The notes under the pieces were generated by a model that was given only the letters and a program-made list of their open reading frames with translations, was not told where the DNA came from and made no database searches. A stretch of 63,964 nt of DNA, filler included, from Reticulomyxa filosa (lineage: Eukaryota; Protista; Foraminifera), in assembly GCA_000512085.1 (NCBI GenBank). It is 14 parts of 14 records of this genome, joined end to end, with 100 filler letters (N's around TTAATTAATTAA, not from the genome) between each part and the next. Parts side by side here need not be neighbours in the genome. Positions count along the whole stretch, not along the records: positions 1 to 3,434 come from ASPP01025014.1; positions 3,535 to 22,447 come from ASPP01008623.1; 12 more parts are not named here. One strand, 5' to 3'. Positions 1 through 12,434 of the stretch are shown piece after piece. Positions within the stretch are counted from its first letter, which is position 1, and each line of letters begins with the position of its first letter. Position numbers and translations under genes: made by a program.

Positions 1-45
1 AAAATCAATCCTCTTCATATAGTGCCATTTAGGTATGTCAGTTTC

Positions 46-1330
46 TCTTATCATAATATTAAAAATGAATCCAAAATTATTTGTTCTTATCCAAATGATA
101 TTATTATAGATGGACATTGTGTAGTAAAACTTTTAAATGCTAGTAATGAACATGAATCATTTTATTGTTTTTGGTGGAAATAAAAGTAGCAATGAAATAT
201 ATGAGTGTTTGGGATAAATAATGCTAATAAAAAGAATTACAATGAATGAATTACATTTATTGAAAAAAATAACTCAATAATCCTTGGAGAAGATAATGAT
301 GTGATTATTTTGGAGCACGTGCAGTAATTAGAGGAAGTAATAATCATTTATGGCATTTGAATTATATGAAATGGAAACAGTGATCGAATATAAAAAAGAT
401 TAAAAGTTAAAAATAATTAAAATTATATTATATGAAAAAAAAATTTGTTATATGTGTGTATAAAAAAGAAAAAAAAGAAATTGAAAAAATAATTGAATAT
501 TAATGCGTTTATCTCAGCTAATAAAGAAAGGATTGATTGATAATTTCAATATTATCGTATCACGATATTTTCTGGTAAAAGTATATTTTTATATATACAT
601 TTATTTCTACAAATGAATTTTTTAAAAAACAGCTAAAATATTTCAAACCATTTAAAGAACTAAAAGGACATTTTGATCAAATAAATAGTATAAAGATTTC
701 ATCAGATGGTACTAAAATTGTTTCATCTTCAAATGATAAAACTATAAAAATATGGGACATTGCATCAAACAGTTAATAGGACATGAAGGCAATGTAAATG
801 ATGCATAATTTTCTCCAAATGGAAATTTAATTGTATCTTGTTCAAATGATAAAACTATTCGATTGTGGGATGTAATATCCTGTATTGAGATAAAGACGTT
901 GCAAGGACATAATAATAATGTAACAAGAATAATGTTTTCAAAAGATGGAAAAATAATTATATCTGCTAAAATATGGGATGTAATATCTGAACAAGAGATT
1001 CAAACATTAAAAGGAAAATTACTTGGTAAAAATGATGCAAAATTTTCTTCAAATGGTAATCAACAAATTATAGTATTATATTATTGAAATTTGGGATATT
1101 CAATCAAGTAAAATCATTAAAAATTTCAATATGCAAATGATGTACAGAAAACAGAATATTATTTTGATGGTCGTTTTATTGTTTCAATTTCAACAAATAG
1201 AAACAATTCAAATATGGGATGTTGAATCAGGAATATTATTAAAAGAATGTTTGAATTTATAACAAAAATTTAAATTGTGTAAAATATTTTCCAAATGGAC
1301 AAAAGATACTATTTCTATTTAAGGATAATT
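46..1330 (+). pseudogene. Degraded Kelch-repeat / linker exon / WD40 family gene
   Basis: Fragments translate to SYHNIKNE, YPNDIILDGHCVVKL and GARAVIRGSNNHL, matching the intact Kelch ORFs at 37850-38863 and 41068. WD40 fragments follow (FKELKGHFDQINSIKISSDGTKIVSSSNDKTIKIWD). Multiple stops and frameshifts. GT-AG introns at about 406-468 and 575-632 match those of the intact paralogues. Confidence 0.85.
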
Positions 1331-1898
1331 TCTTTTTTTGCAAAAACAGCAAAAATTTTGTTGACAGAGTAGACCCTCTTTTGAATCAAGCATCCATTTC
1401 ACCAAAAACAATAAATTGAAAAAGATAGTCCAATCACATATGAACAACTTTTTTTATTTGATTTAAAAACACTTTTTTCCATAAACAAAACAGCGTAAAA
1501 AAACTATTGTCGACCCTAAAAAAAAGTTTTAACAAGATTTTTTTTTAGATAAAAAAAATAACCTTCTGGGTTCCTTTTTTGCTTGCTATTGTTAATAGAT
1601 ATGTCAATTATTAAACAATATTTGCGTTATTTACAAACTCTTTTGGAGAAAAAAAATGAATTGGATAACACGAAACCTTTTACAAAGACGCAAAGAGAAA
1701 GTCATTTTTGTTTAAATATCACGTTTTCTATCTTTTTTAAATTTAATTTCTCTTGAAATTTTCATACTGCATTATTTTCAATACAATTTTTTTATCAATA
1801 CCAACTTTTTGTTTTTATAGTTTCCTCCCCTTTTAGAGCACAAAAATTTTTTTTGTTACAAACTAATTTGAGCAAATAATCGCTCATCAAAAAGGATA

Positions 1899-2888
1899 AT
1901 GGCAAAGGCTGCAACTATACAGGCTATATTAACTGGCAATGGAGACTCAGAAAAGCTGAAAACTGGAAAGAAAGTGACAAAAGTAAAAAAGAAAAGTCAA
2001 AAAAGAAAATATTGTGACATAAAGACTTGTGAGACAATATATAATTGGTTAATTTCAGCAGATCGTATAAAACCAAAACTAAAAAATGGAGTTGATTACT
2101 TATTAGTGACTGAACCAAACAAACGTATTGAACTTGAAAGCGACAAATGGCATCATTTTAAGTTTGGAATATATTTATTGGGGGAAAAAACAACATTGAC
2201 AGTGAGACAAGATAGTGATGATTTGGGTCATTTAAAAATTAAAACGAGTCATTTATGGATTGGAAAGGAGTGCAGAATATCATGTAACGGCTTAGGATAC
2301 AAAAAAGACAGCGGAACTGGAAAAGGTCAAAGTGCCTCTAAACACTTTCAAACAGGTGGAGGTGCAAGTTATGGCTCCAAAGGACGAGCATTCAATTTTG
2401 TGGATGGAGGTGGGGAAAATGGAGCCATATATGGTGATAAGACTTTGTTAAAGGAAATCCATTTTGGAAGTGGAGGTGGTTCTGCGAAGTGTTCGTCTTT
2501 TGAATTAAAAGGAGGAAGTGGAGGTGGAATCATTGAAATTATTGTTGAACAACAAATCATCAATGAAGGATACATCGAGTGTGATGGCTTAATAGGACAA
2601 AGATTACTTAATATGGGAGGACAAAGAAATACTAAAGGCGGTGGAGGAAGTGGTGGTTCCATTCTTATCGTGGTGCAAGCTCCTTCACATATTTATCAAA
2701 ATTTTGGAAAAATTGACTGTCTTGGTGGAAGTTATTGTTTAAATTTGAATGGCGGTGGTCGTGGAAGAATTGCTATTTATAGCAGATACTTTCTCTTACA
2801 TAAGCCTTTATTCAATGATTTTTTGCCTCGTCATTGGTCGGGCTCAATCCCAAAAGAAGAATTTATTATGCAACGATCTGCTTCTTAA
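1899..2888 (+). CDS. Intronless protein with a glycine-rich repeat domain (GGGSGG-xI-xI / G-x-I-x-x-x-G / GRIAI units)
   Basis: 329-aa ORF containing GSGGGS, GGSGGGIIEI, GGGGSGGSILI and GGGRGRIAI. Lys-rich N-terminus, no signal peptide. Confidence 0.75.
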   Translation: MAKAATIQAILTGNGDSEKLKTGKKVTKVKKKSQKRKYCDIKTCETIYNWLISADRIKPKLKNGVDYLLVTEPNKRIELESDKWHHFKFGIYLLGEKTTLTVRQDSDDLGHLKIKTSHLWIGKECRISCNGLGYKKDSGTGKGQSASKHFQTGGGASYGSKGRAFNFVDGGGENGAIYGDKTLLKEIHFGSGGGSAKCSSFELKGGSGGGIIEIIVEQQIINEGYIECDGLIGQRLLNMGGQRNTKGGGGSGGSILIVVQAPSHIYQNFGKIDCLGGSYCLNLNGGGRGRIAIYSRYFLLHKPLFNDFLPRHWSGSIPKEEFIMQRSAS

Positions 2889-3434
2889 AAAACTATGTCC
2901 AAATGCATATTACTCCCTCCATCCTTTTTTTTTTAAAAAATAAAATTAAAAAAAAGAGGTGGATGATATGAATAAAAAAATTTTTTTATCAGCGTGTTTT
3001 TTGATGTTGGCCTTAGCAAACAGTATTTTTTAAATTTACTATTATAAATTATTGTTTCGAATATTATTACATGTTCAAGTAAAAAATGTTTTGAAATAAT
3101 CGAAAAAGACTGCAAATGTAAACAATTACTGTTAACTTTTTTCATTACAAAACAATGGAGATTGTTTTATCAATCCCAGCTGAATTGAAGCTGTATTTTT
3201 ATTAGCTTCTTTAAAAATGGCATTGTAAGCTAACCTTTCATTTGACAATTTGTGCAAATGTTAAGATTTGTTTTCTTTGAATGGACTCTGTTTTTTTTTT
3301 ATCCTATTGAGATTTGATGCAATTGTATTACCACTTAGTGAGATTGTATATTCGAATTGTGTTGTCACGTGATACTGACAGTTATAAACGCAAAAATTGA
3401 GTAATGAACTTTGTTTATATTATTTTTATTTTTT

Positions 3435-3534
3435 NNNNNNNNNNNNNNNNNNNNNNNNNNNNNNNNNNNNNNNNNNNNTTAATTAATTAANNNNNNNNNN
3501 NNNNNNNNNNNNNNNNNNNNNNNNNNNNNNNNNN
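3435..3534. other. Artificial contig spacer (N44-TTAATTAATTAA-N44)
   Basis: Identical 100-bp spacers also at 22448-22547, 29917-30016, 37069-37168, 40086-40185, 41374-41473, 48610-48709, 49981-50080, 53878-53977, 58025-58124, 60181-60280, 61512-61611 and 62778-62877. The 12-mer places stops in all six frames. Confidence 0.99.
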
Positions 3535-5851
3535 AGTGCCATTTAGGTATGGCAGTTTTTTTTGCAATCTACTGTAGCCTCTTTTGCAAAGTCAAAATTT
3601 GTTCTAACAATACCAAAAAAATATCAAGATAAATTTCACATAAATAATTATATAATTCAATAAGATTATCATATTAAGTATTTTAATTAATTTTGTATCA
3701 GCAATTGAATACAAACAATAAATCAGTATATTTATATAAAGGCTTTACATAATATGTTATCAAAACTTTCATAATATCGTCATTTAATATATATTTACAT
3801 TATGTGTATCATTATAATGCTTTCTTAATCATTCACTAATCAATTTTATTAACGTTAACTATTTTATTTTTGTACCATGCTCATATGCAATTTCCAATTA
3901 CAAAATTTCTTATATTTGACTTCTTTCTTTTATGCTTTGAATATTACATTAAAAATTTTCTAACACTTTTCCTTCTTCATCTTCAAATTGTTTATAATTA
4001 TTTATTTTTTTAATATTGCATAACTCAATAATTTGATATGCTCAATGTCATCTCTCGTCAGATATTTTATTGTATGCTCAATACAATCGATATGACCTTA
4101 GTTTTATTCATTTTATAACTTTGCGCTTTTATATGATATTTGATATAATATGCAACATATAACTTCAGTTTGTGTACAATTGGCAAAGCAGCTCAAACAA
4201 CTTAGCTCATGTTGATTGCTTGTTATATAAGCTTTGCAGACTACATTGAACTTAAATCTGATGTTCTGCTCTGTTTTGACTAAGCCCAATCACTTGCACT
4301 TGAGTAATACTATCATCTGGAGATTCCATTCAAATGGCTTGCTCTTTTAATTATTTATTTGAATATACTGTCTTATGTTATGTAGTTTATGTTATATATT
4401 GACTTCAACAATTGTATACTAATTCTTCGATAATTGCGATCAATGTCTCTAATGTTTTCCTTTTCATTTTTATTTTCATCACCATTTTGTATTGTTTTTA
4501 TAATGTCGATATTTTGTCAGTTTCTATTTTTTATCTTGTCCATTTCAAGTTTATAACAGCCTTTTTGTCTCTTATATAATAGCGATATGTTAAAAACTAG
4601 CTTGTGTTAACGCTTTTGTCTTAATGAAACAATCAAGTGTAATGTTAAGTTTATACTTACAACAATATTCGTGAAATCTCCAATTTTTTTCTTATTACAT
4701 TATCCATCTGATAAAGTAAATTGAAAGCCTTCAGCAGTTTCGCGATATTATTGTCCGACCGACGTCATGTTTTCATTAATTGCCAAAACTTATACAAATT
4801 CTTCAAATTGTTCGATAACATTATCCTTCAAAATACTTTTCAAATAAATTTATCACACAATCAAATTTTATAATAAAAAAATATAGTTTCTTTCCAAAAA
4901 AGGTTAACATCAAAAAAGTTAAGTATACTCAAATGTCATGTTAGAAAAGTGAAAAAAAAATAGTTTTTCTATAAACACTTGCTTTTGCGAAAAAAATTTT
5001 TGCATTGCTTAGTTTTTTGTTTGTTAAATTAAAAAACATGCATTATGACTCTTGACTATTACATAGAAATTGATTCTATGTTCAAGTCAATCTTAATTTA
5101 TCCTGCTTTGTTTACATCTATCCAGTATTGAAACTTGCTTAAACATTTTTGTAATATTCTTCAAATCCCACATTGCCAACTATTTAAGTCTTCGCTACAT
5201 CTTCCATCTAGCATCGTCAGATTCTAGTTGATGTGTTAAGTCTACTTTTTTTTCAGATGTTTTTTTTAGTTTTTTTTTTTTACATTTGCTTTACGTCACC
5301 TGTCGCATTTGCTAATGAATAACAATTCCAAATTGCTAAAGCATTTTTTTCTCTTGGCTTTATAGAGAAAGAACTACACAATAAATATATTATTCAAACA
5401 AAAGTAAAAGCTTGGCAACTCTAAAAAAAATCACTCCTTCGAAAGTTTCCTTTTTGTTTAGTTAAAACACTTGATTTCTTTTGTGTCAACAAACATATCT
5501 GTTATTCTTCTGGTTTCATCTTTTCTGTCTTAATATCGTTAATGATAGTTGCATGAATAAAATTAATCCAAAAAAACACCAAAACATCATCACATCAGAT
5601 CAAAACTTATATAGCCAGTTGATAGAGATTTTGATGTAAATGTGATGATAAACTCCCAAGTCACTCTATGGACATGCCAAGCACGTTAAAGATCCCGAAA
5701 TGAGAAAAGAAATACTTTCGGAGAAGAAGGAAATTGATTATTTGTTGAATTTTTGAAATCAGTTTATATTAGTGAAAAAAGAGAAAAGTTTAACTCTGAT
5801 TGAAATCGGCAAAACAATGGATGAAATTAAAACACAAATAAAAAAAAGGAC

Positions 5852-8800
5852 TCAGTTTTGGACATCCTCAAAGTAAAGCTTTCCTTTTCTTTTTTTGGCG
5901 ACAACTTTGGGAGAAGAACTAACAGTTTGAAGTTGATCAAAATCGATATTAGTAACATTAACATTGGGTTCAGCGGGTTGATATTGAAAAAGGGATTGTT
6001 CCAGCTCCTCGTCCAATGGGAATTGCGGAGAATCAACAGTGGTTTTGGAAAAGCGAATATTAATGCATTCGACAAGATCGTTTGGATTCCATTGATGAAA
6101 GTCCAAAGCAAGTCTGCAAGAGGAGCCTGTTTCCACCTCATCAGCATTTGTGTCTCGGAAGTGAGCACCAGACTGTTCATACACGATTTGGCCTTGTCGT
6201 TTAACTCGAAAGTGTCCATTCTTGGCAAATTTGCCATTGTTAATCAATACAACAGGGACAGGTTTGGCATCATGGGGATTTACAATCTCTTGCACAGTGG
6301 CATGTCCAAGCACGGTAATGTCTTGCTTCATGGGCAATTTGTCTTCCAAGAATTTCTTTTATGGATCATATATTTTTTTTTAATCCAAAAAAAAAATAAA
6401 TAAAATTGTTTTGATGTTTAATGCAGAAACAAACAAAAACTAAACGATGAAATCTTCAAACAAATGGAAAATGACATTCTGATTAAAGACTTGGACCCGT
6501 TTGCGTTTGTAGTTTTGTTTTTTGAGCGGCGTTCGAAAGGACAAAATGACGCAGTTTTTAAAGTCCATTTCTTTGACTAACTCGTCGGTGACAGGGCCAA
6601 TGTCCTTTCGAACAATGTTAATCTCCAAGTCGTCGTTGGGGATTTTGATCTCTTGCAAGTACTTTTCCACCGCCTCGATACTCCCCATGCAGTCGGCACG
6701 AATCCAAACATTGATTATCCTGGGGTCTTCCGAAAGCTGCCATTTGCTAGCCAAAGATAAGTCATCCTCTTCGTCGTCGATCACAAACGCCTTTGGAGAC
6801 TCGTTGAATGCCGACATTGGATCTCTGTGTTTGACCCGCTTTTGTCGTTGCAATTTACGCGTCATTGCGAGTTTCTCTTTGAAATATTGTTTCTTTTCTC
6901 GCGTTTCGCTTACTGCTCGCGCATGTGCTTGGTCATTGGCCGCAAGGAGCAAGGAGCCTTGTTTTTTTTAAAAAAACAAACAAATATATATAAATATATA
7001 AATATGTAAATAATATATGTATATATATGTATATATGTATATTTATTTATGAACAAATTTTTTTTACAAAACCAATGGGTGGAAACTCTTTGAATCCCAA
7101 AAATGACACCGGAGTAGATGGTCCTGCACTGGCAATGGATTTGTGTGTTTCATCTTGCAAGCGCGTGATGCGAACAGGGTGTAATTGATCAGGCGCAAAG
7201 CTAAGTCCCCATTGCGCAATGTCCCGTCTTGCACTAAAGCGTGGACCATGTCCCATCTTTGCTTGATTTTTTCGCTTCGATCACGACAACTTCGGCGGAT
7301 GCCTTTGAATTGCCCCGACAGTCTTCCATCTCACAAACCAAGTCCAGTGATTGTAGCAATTCAGATATGCCATGGCCCGTTTTGGCGGATATCGAAATCA
7401 TCTTTATTTTTTTTGCAAATAAGCAATGAGTTAGACAAAGATAAAAAAGGAAAAAACAAAGTTTGAACTGACATCAACATCGTGAGAATAAACCCCCAAT
7501 GCCTCCAATTGTTGTTTGACTTTTGTTGGATTGGCTTCTGGCTTGTCGCATTTGTTTAATGCGACGACAAAGGGCAGACGTTCTTTGCGAATGATTCTGT
7601 GTGCAATGAATGCGTATACGTTTGTTTTGTAAACAACGAAATGAAATCGAATATGACAACTTTTTTTATTGCAACTTAACGCCAAACTCTCTCTCGTCTG
7701 CGGTTGTATCCCTTCACAAGCGTCGATCATAAGAATGGCGGCATCGACGGCATGTGCACCCCTCCTTCGCATCCCTGTGAACGCGGCATGTCCGGGAGTG
7801 TCAAAGACGATACATTTGGAGTGCGAGCATTGACGAGGCATATCGACAGTAAACGCACCAATCGATTGAGTAATGCCACCAATCTCTTTGTCTGCCAATC
7901 GTGTGTGACGCAGATAGTCAAGAAAGGTGGTCTTGCCGTGGTCGACGTGTCCCAATATGCAAAGCACGGGCGACCGCTTTGGAAGACGCACGTACTGTTC
8001 GGGAGAATACGTGCCATATTTCGAGGATACGTCGGCACTCCATTGTTCCAACACGACTTTGGTCTTGGGACGGATCATTTGTGCCACAAGTTCTCCCGCC
8101 TAATTTCCAATATTCACCAATGTACAAATCAATAGTTACACAATAAAATGTGAATAAAACGTAACGTCTTGAGTGATCCAATCGTGTTCATAGATTTCCA
8201 AAGTTTGCAAAGCAGCTTTGAGGGTGTTTGGAGAAGTGTGGAGCAATTTGCAATAATCTGACAACTTGCCAAAGACAGGCAATACAATCAAGTCCGGAGG
8301 GGGTCTATTTTCGTAATCAATGGTTGGCGGCTTTCCCAATTCGATATCAATCTGTCGAGCCCTCTCTCGACCACTGTCGTCATTGTCGTCCATTTCCAAC
8401 CACTTTTGTTCTTCCTCCAAGTTGTTGTACTTTTCGTATATTTCATTCAACATGCGATCCGTATCCTCTATTTCTGTCTCGCTGGATCTGGCTTTCATTT
8501 CGAGTCTGTTTCGTTTCATTTCAGATTGACATTTCTCAAGCATATTCCTACATACACATTAGTATGTGTATAGAACATACTCTTCAGAGTCGCGTTGGGC
8601 AGTTGGATGAGGCTTGATATCATCGTCTTCGGCAAAGAGATTATTCCCTTGTAGAGTGTGTTGCAAAATAGGACCTCGTTGGAGATTATGCGGATCTGCA
8701 CTTTGTCGTAACTCTCCCAACAACTCACTCTCACTTGGATCGACTGGTTTCGATGGCCCATTTGTGCTGTACGCTTCGGAGTCGTACACCTGATCATTCG

Positions 8801-9618
8801 ACAGTGCTTTCTGCAAAAGTTCATTTGTATTCGCACTCGTATCGTCCTCACGAGACTCGGTTTCATATGTAAACGCGAGTGTCCTCGGTTCTTTGTTCGT
8901 GTCTGTCATTGCCATCATGTCATCCGTCTCCTTCTTTGCCACTCGGAATGGCCGAAGCGAACGAGGAATCGACGAATCGCTTCTCGTTATCGTCGGTTGG
9001 ATGCACACATTTTCGTACAAAGAAAAGTCAATTGGATGTGGAGTGCCTTTGCTGTCTTTGTCCAATGTCTGATATTCTGGAAATTTCTTGTCATCATTTC
9101 ATTACAAACAATTCATCACTCTTTTTTATTTCTACTTATTTGTCAATTGCTTTTCTTTATTTTTTTTATATGTATATATATTATGTGTGTATGTCGCAGC
9201 CTAACGTCGTGTGCTTTTTGGAAATTTTGCGAATTTTGTTGATGTTTCTATCGTATATTGTCGTTTTTTTAAAGAATAAACTGTTCATTACTTTCCAGAA
9301 ACTTCCGTTCTTTATTTTAATTATCTTGCAAAAAGTGTAGTATCTTAACGCGATTATGTAAAGCTCCCCGATTCAATGGCTGGGCAAACAAAAAAAAAAA
9401 CACATACAATGATGGATATATTGAATTTTGCTTGTTTTTTTTTTTGCAAAATCTACAAATAAAAATTCGGATTCCCTCTTCTTACGTTTTCGTCGTGTGG
9501 TGTTGGAACAGTTGCAGATTTATCATCTTCAGTTTTTTTTGCTGTAGAAAATAAATTGACTTTTTTTATATATTCGCAGTTGCCGAGAGCAACTCTTTCG
9601 AGAGAAGAGTCGAAGCAT
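5852..9618 (-). CDS. MTIF2: Translation initiation factor IF-2, mitochondrial type (multi-exon)
   Basis: G1 ILGHVDHGKTT, GGITQSIGAF, G3 DTPGHAAF..MRRRGA, G4 NKCD, domain II LVQDGTLRNGD, domain III RADCMGSIEA and C-terminal domain. The likely first exon reads MLRLFSRKSCSRQLRIY (Arg/Ser-rich presequence, ATG 9618) and needs one homopolymer correction at 9561-9567. Confidence 0.9.
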
Positions 9619-9827
9619 GGTCAAAAAAAAATAAAGGGCTTGTCGCTTGCCTTTGTTGCGTGAAACTATTTGCTGAATATTTATTAAACAGGTATTTACT
9701 CTTAAGCTTGCATTTACATTTGCTTTGCGATAACGTTATTTAAAGTTTTTTCTTTTAAAAACAGCCGTTTGTGTGTGAATTCCTTTTTTTTTTTAGTTGG
9801 AAAAGATTTAGCTTCATTGTGTGGAGG

Positions 9828-12210
9828 ATGAACATTTCCGAACGAGTGAAAACAGATAAAACAAAAACGAATAGCAAATATGTAGCAAAAAAAAGACAAT
9901 ATCCCGAAGATGACGAGACTGTTGAAGCTTCCCCTCCAGCAAAACGACAAAAACAAACAGCAGGCTTCAAAAAAGACAAGAGTTGGGAAGAGATTGGAGT
10001 TTGCAAAGAGTTATGCATAGCGTGCAAGAAGCTGAAATGGGCACATCCGACACCAGTGCAAATGGAAACCATCCCAGTTGCTTTGAGTGGTGCGTTGCAA
10101 TCTGTCATTCCTTTTTTTTTTTTAAATTTTGAAAAAATAAGAAAGTTTTTCTATTAAAATGAAAAAATACATGTATATAATATATATTAGGAAAAAGTAT
10201 AATTGGATTAGCAGAAACCGGTTCTGGTAAAACCGGAGCATTTGTAATACCAATAATCCAAGACTTGTTGAGTGCACCAAGGCCATACCATTCGTTGATT
10301 TTGGCACCCACTCGAGAATTGATATTGCAGATCGAAGAGTGTTGTGACGAGTTGGGCAAAGACATTGGTCTGAAGTGCATGACTGTCATCGGTGGTGTCG
10401 GTATGAAAAGTGTTGACAATTGATTTGATTTGATATAATTTAATATAACTTGCTTTTGGCTTGGTTTGTGAAGGAGAGACTACCTAAAATAAAAATACAA
10501 CGTATATAATATATTATGTATGTTGTGTGATGGGACCCTTTGAAAAGATAGGACAACGCAGGCAATAAAACTGCAGCAAAGACCGCATATAATAATTGGG
10601 ACTCCGGGACGTCTGTTGGATCATTTGATCAACTCGAAAGGGTTCAAATTGCCAGAGCTCAAGTACTTGATACTGGACGAGGCAGATCGAATGTTGGAAA
10701 GCGAGTTTGGGATGGCAGTGGAGGAGATTGTGAAGCTACTTAAGGAGCAGCATACACAGAACAATAGCAAAAATAAGACAAAGGAAAAGGAAAAGAAAAA
10801 CGAAGAAGAAGAAAACAAAGGCAATAATTATCAAATACTGCTATTTAGTGCAACAATGACAAAAAAAGTGGAACAATTGGAGAAATTGTGTTTGAAAAAT
10901 GCCATAAGAATTGAATTGAATTTGAAATATCACACCACCAAATCATTGACTCAACAGTTCCTCTTTGCCCCTGCCAAATTCAAATTGGCCTATGTAGTCT
11001 ATTTATTGAATCAATTGAAACACCAATTGCATGGTCAAAACATCCTCGTCTTTGTCAATTCCAAGCAATCGTGTCTTCACTTTTCCTTTGCTTTGCAACT
11101 GCTCAAGTTTGTTGCCATCCCATTGCACGGACAAATGGACCAACAGCAGCGTATTGTCGCCATTCATCAATTCAAACAAGAACAATTTTCCATCTTGGTT
11201 GCTACCGATATCGCCGCGAGGGGTCTTGATATCCCACTCGTTGGTGTGGTTGTCAATTACGATTTACCCATTCGCTCCAAGGTATATTCACATTGTTTTT
11301 TTTTTTTTTTTTTAATTGAATTGATTTCACAACGATAATGTGAAAGGATTACATTCATCGCGTTGGAAGAACTGCTCGAGCAGGAAGAGATGGCATTGCC
11401 ATCAATGTTGTCACACAATATGATATTGAAACATTCCAAAAAATCGAACAAGGTGTGCTTTCAACATCTCTTCCGTGTTTACTTTCCTTCTTTTTTTTGT
11501 TTGCTTGTTGGAATTAACAGCGGTGCAAATTCGAATGGAGAAATTCTCAATCGATGGCGAACAAGCAATAATTAATATTGACAGCATCATGCAAGCCAAT
11601 CAAGAGGCAATGCGCGTTAGTTTTCTCGTCTCTCTTTGCTTTTTTTTGCTATCCTCTTTTCCAATTGATTTTGTTTGCTCACACAACAAAGCAAGTGAAG
11701 AGATGGAACAAAGAAATACGGGTAAAAGTGCAACACAATGGACAAGAGGGCCTTTTTCCAGAAACAGACGCAAATCCAAGTAATAATGATGATGAACATA
11801 ATGAAGAAGTTGACGATAATGATAATAACAATGATGAAAACAGTGGCGATGATAAGGGCAATACCACTGACAATGAAGAAGAAAGAGACTCTGAAAATGA
11901 ACACAATCAAGAAACCGACAATGAACCAACCAATGAAATAGACAAAGCTGATAACGAAAACAAAAGGTTCATCACTGATCCTTCCAAAGGAATTGCACAA
12001 AGAAAGAAAGAAATTGAAGAAAAGCAAAAACTAAGACATAAAACATTCAATTTTGAAAAAGATTTTGAAAGGGAAAGAGGCCGAGGAAGAAGAGGACGAG
12101 GGCAGGGAAGGGGACGAGGAGGAGGAAGAGGACGAGGAAGAGGAGAAGGAAGAGGACGAGGAGGAAGGGGACGAGGAAGGGGTAGAAGTAACGAAAGAGG
12201 GAGATTTTGA
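9828..12210 (+). CDS. DDX47: DEAD-box RNA helicase DDX47/Rrp3 with acidic and RG-rich C-terminal tail (multi-exon)
   Basis: Q-motif [55 protein letters not shown] and the Rrp3-like VTQYDIE. GT-AG introns (e.g. 10090-10190) restore the frame. Confidence 0.9.
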
Positions 12211-12434
12211 CATATGTTCCTCGACCTTTTGATGTTACAGAATAATTTAAGATGATTTAATAAATGCGTTATGTACGTTAATCAATATTAAGTTTTGCTG
12301 ATCTGGATCTCTTCAATCAAACTTTCTATATTACCACAGGCTGTGTTTATCAATGCAAATAAAGAATTAATAATTTTTTCCTTCCAACTTGACAGAGCTT
12401 TTTTAGAAAATTTGAACGAATTTTAATATCAGAA

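Noticed and set aside
46-1330. Stop-codon reassignment (TGA=Trp, TAA=Gln) suggested by in-frame stops at Trp/Gln positions
   Set aside because: The same region has frameshifts and deletions, while intact conserved genes have no in-frame stops and end in TAA, TAG or TGA. This is pseudogene decay under the standard code.
3560-5780. AT-rich stretch with short protein-like fragments
   Set aside because: No sustained ORF or recognisable motif. Possibly a decayed gene, but no product can be supported.
5642-5800. Possible C/D-box snoRNA (GTGATGA ... CTGA)
   Set aside because: Short motifs expected by chance. No terminal stem or rRNA-complementary guide identified.
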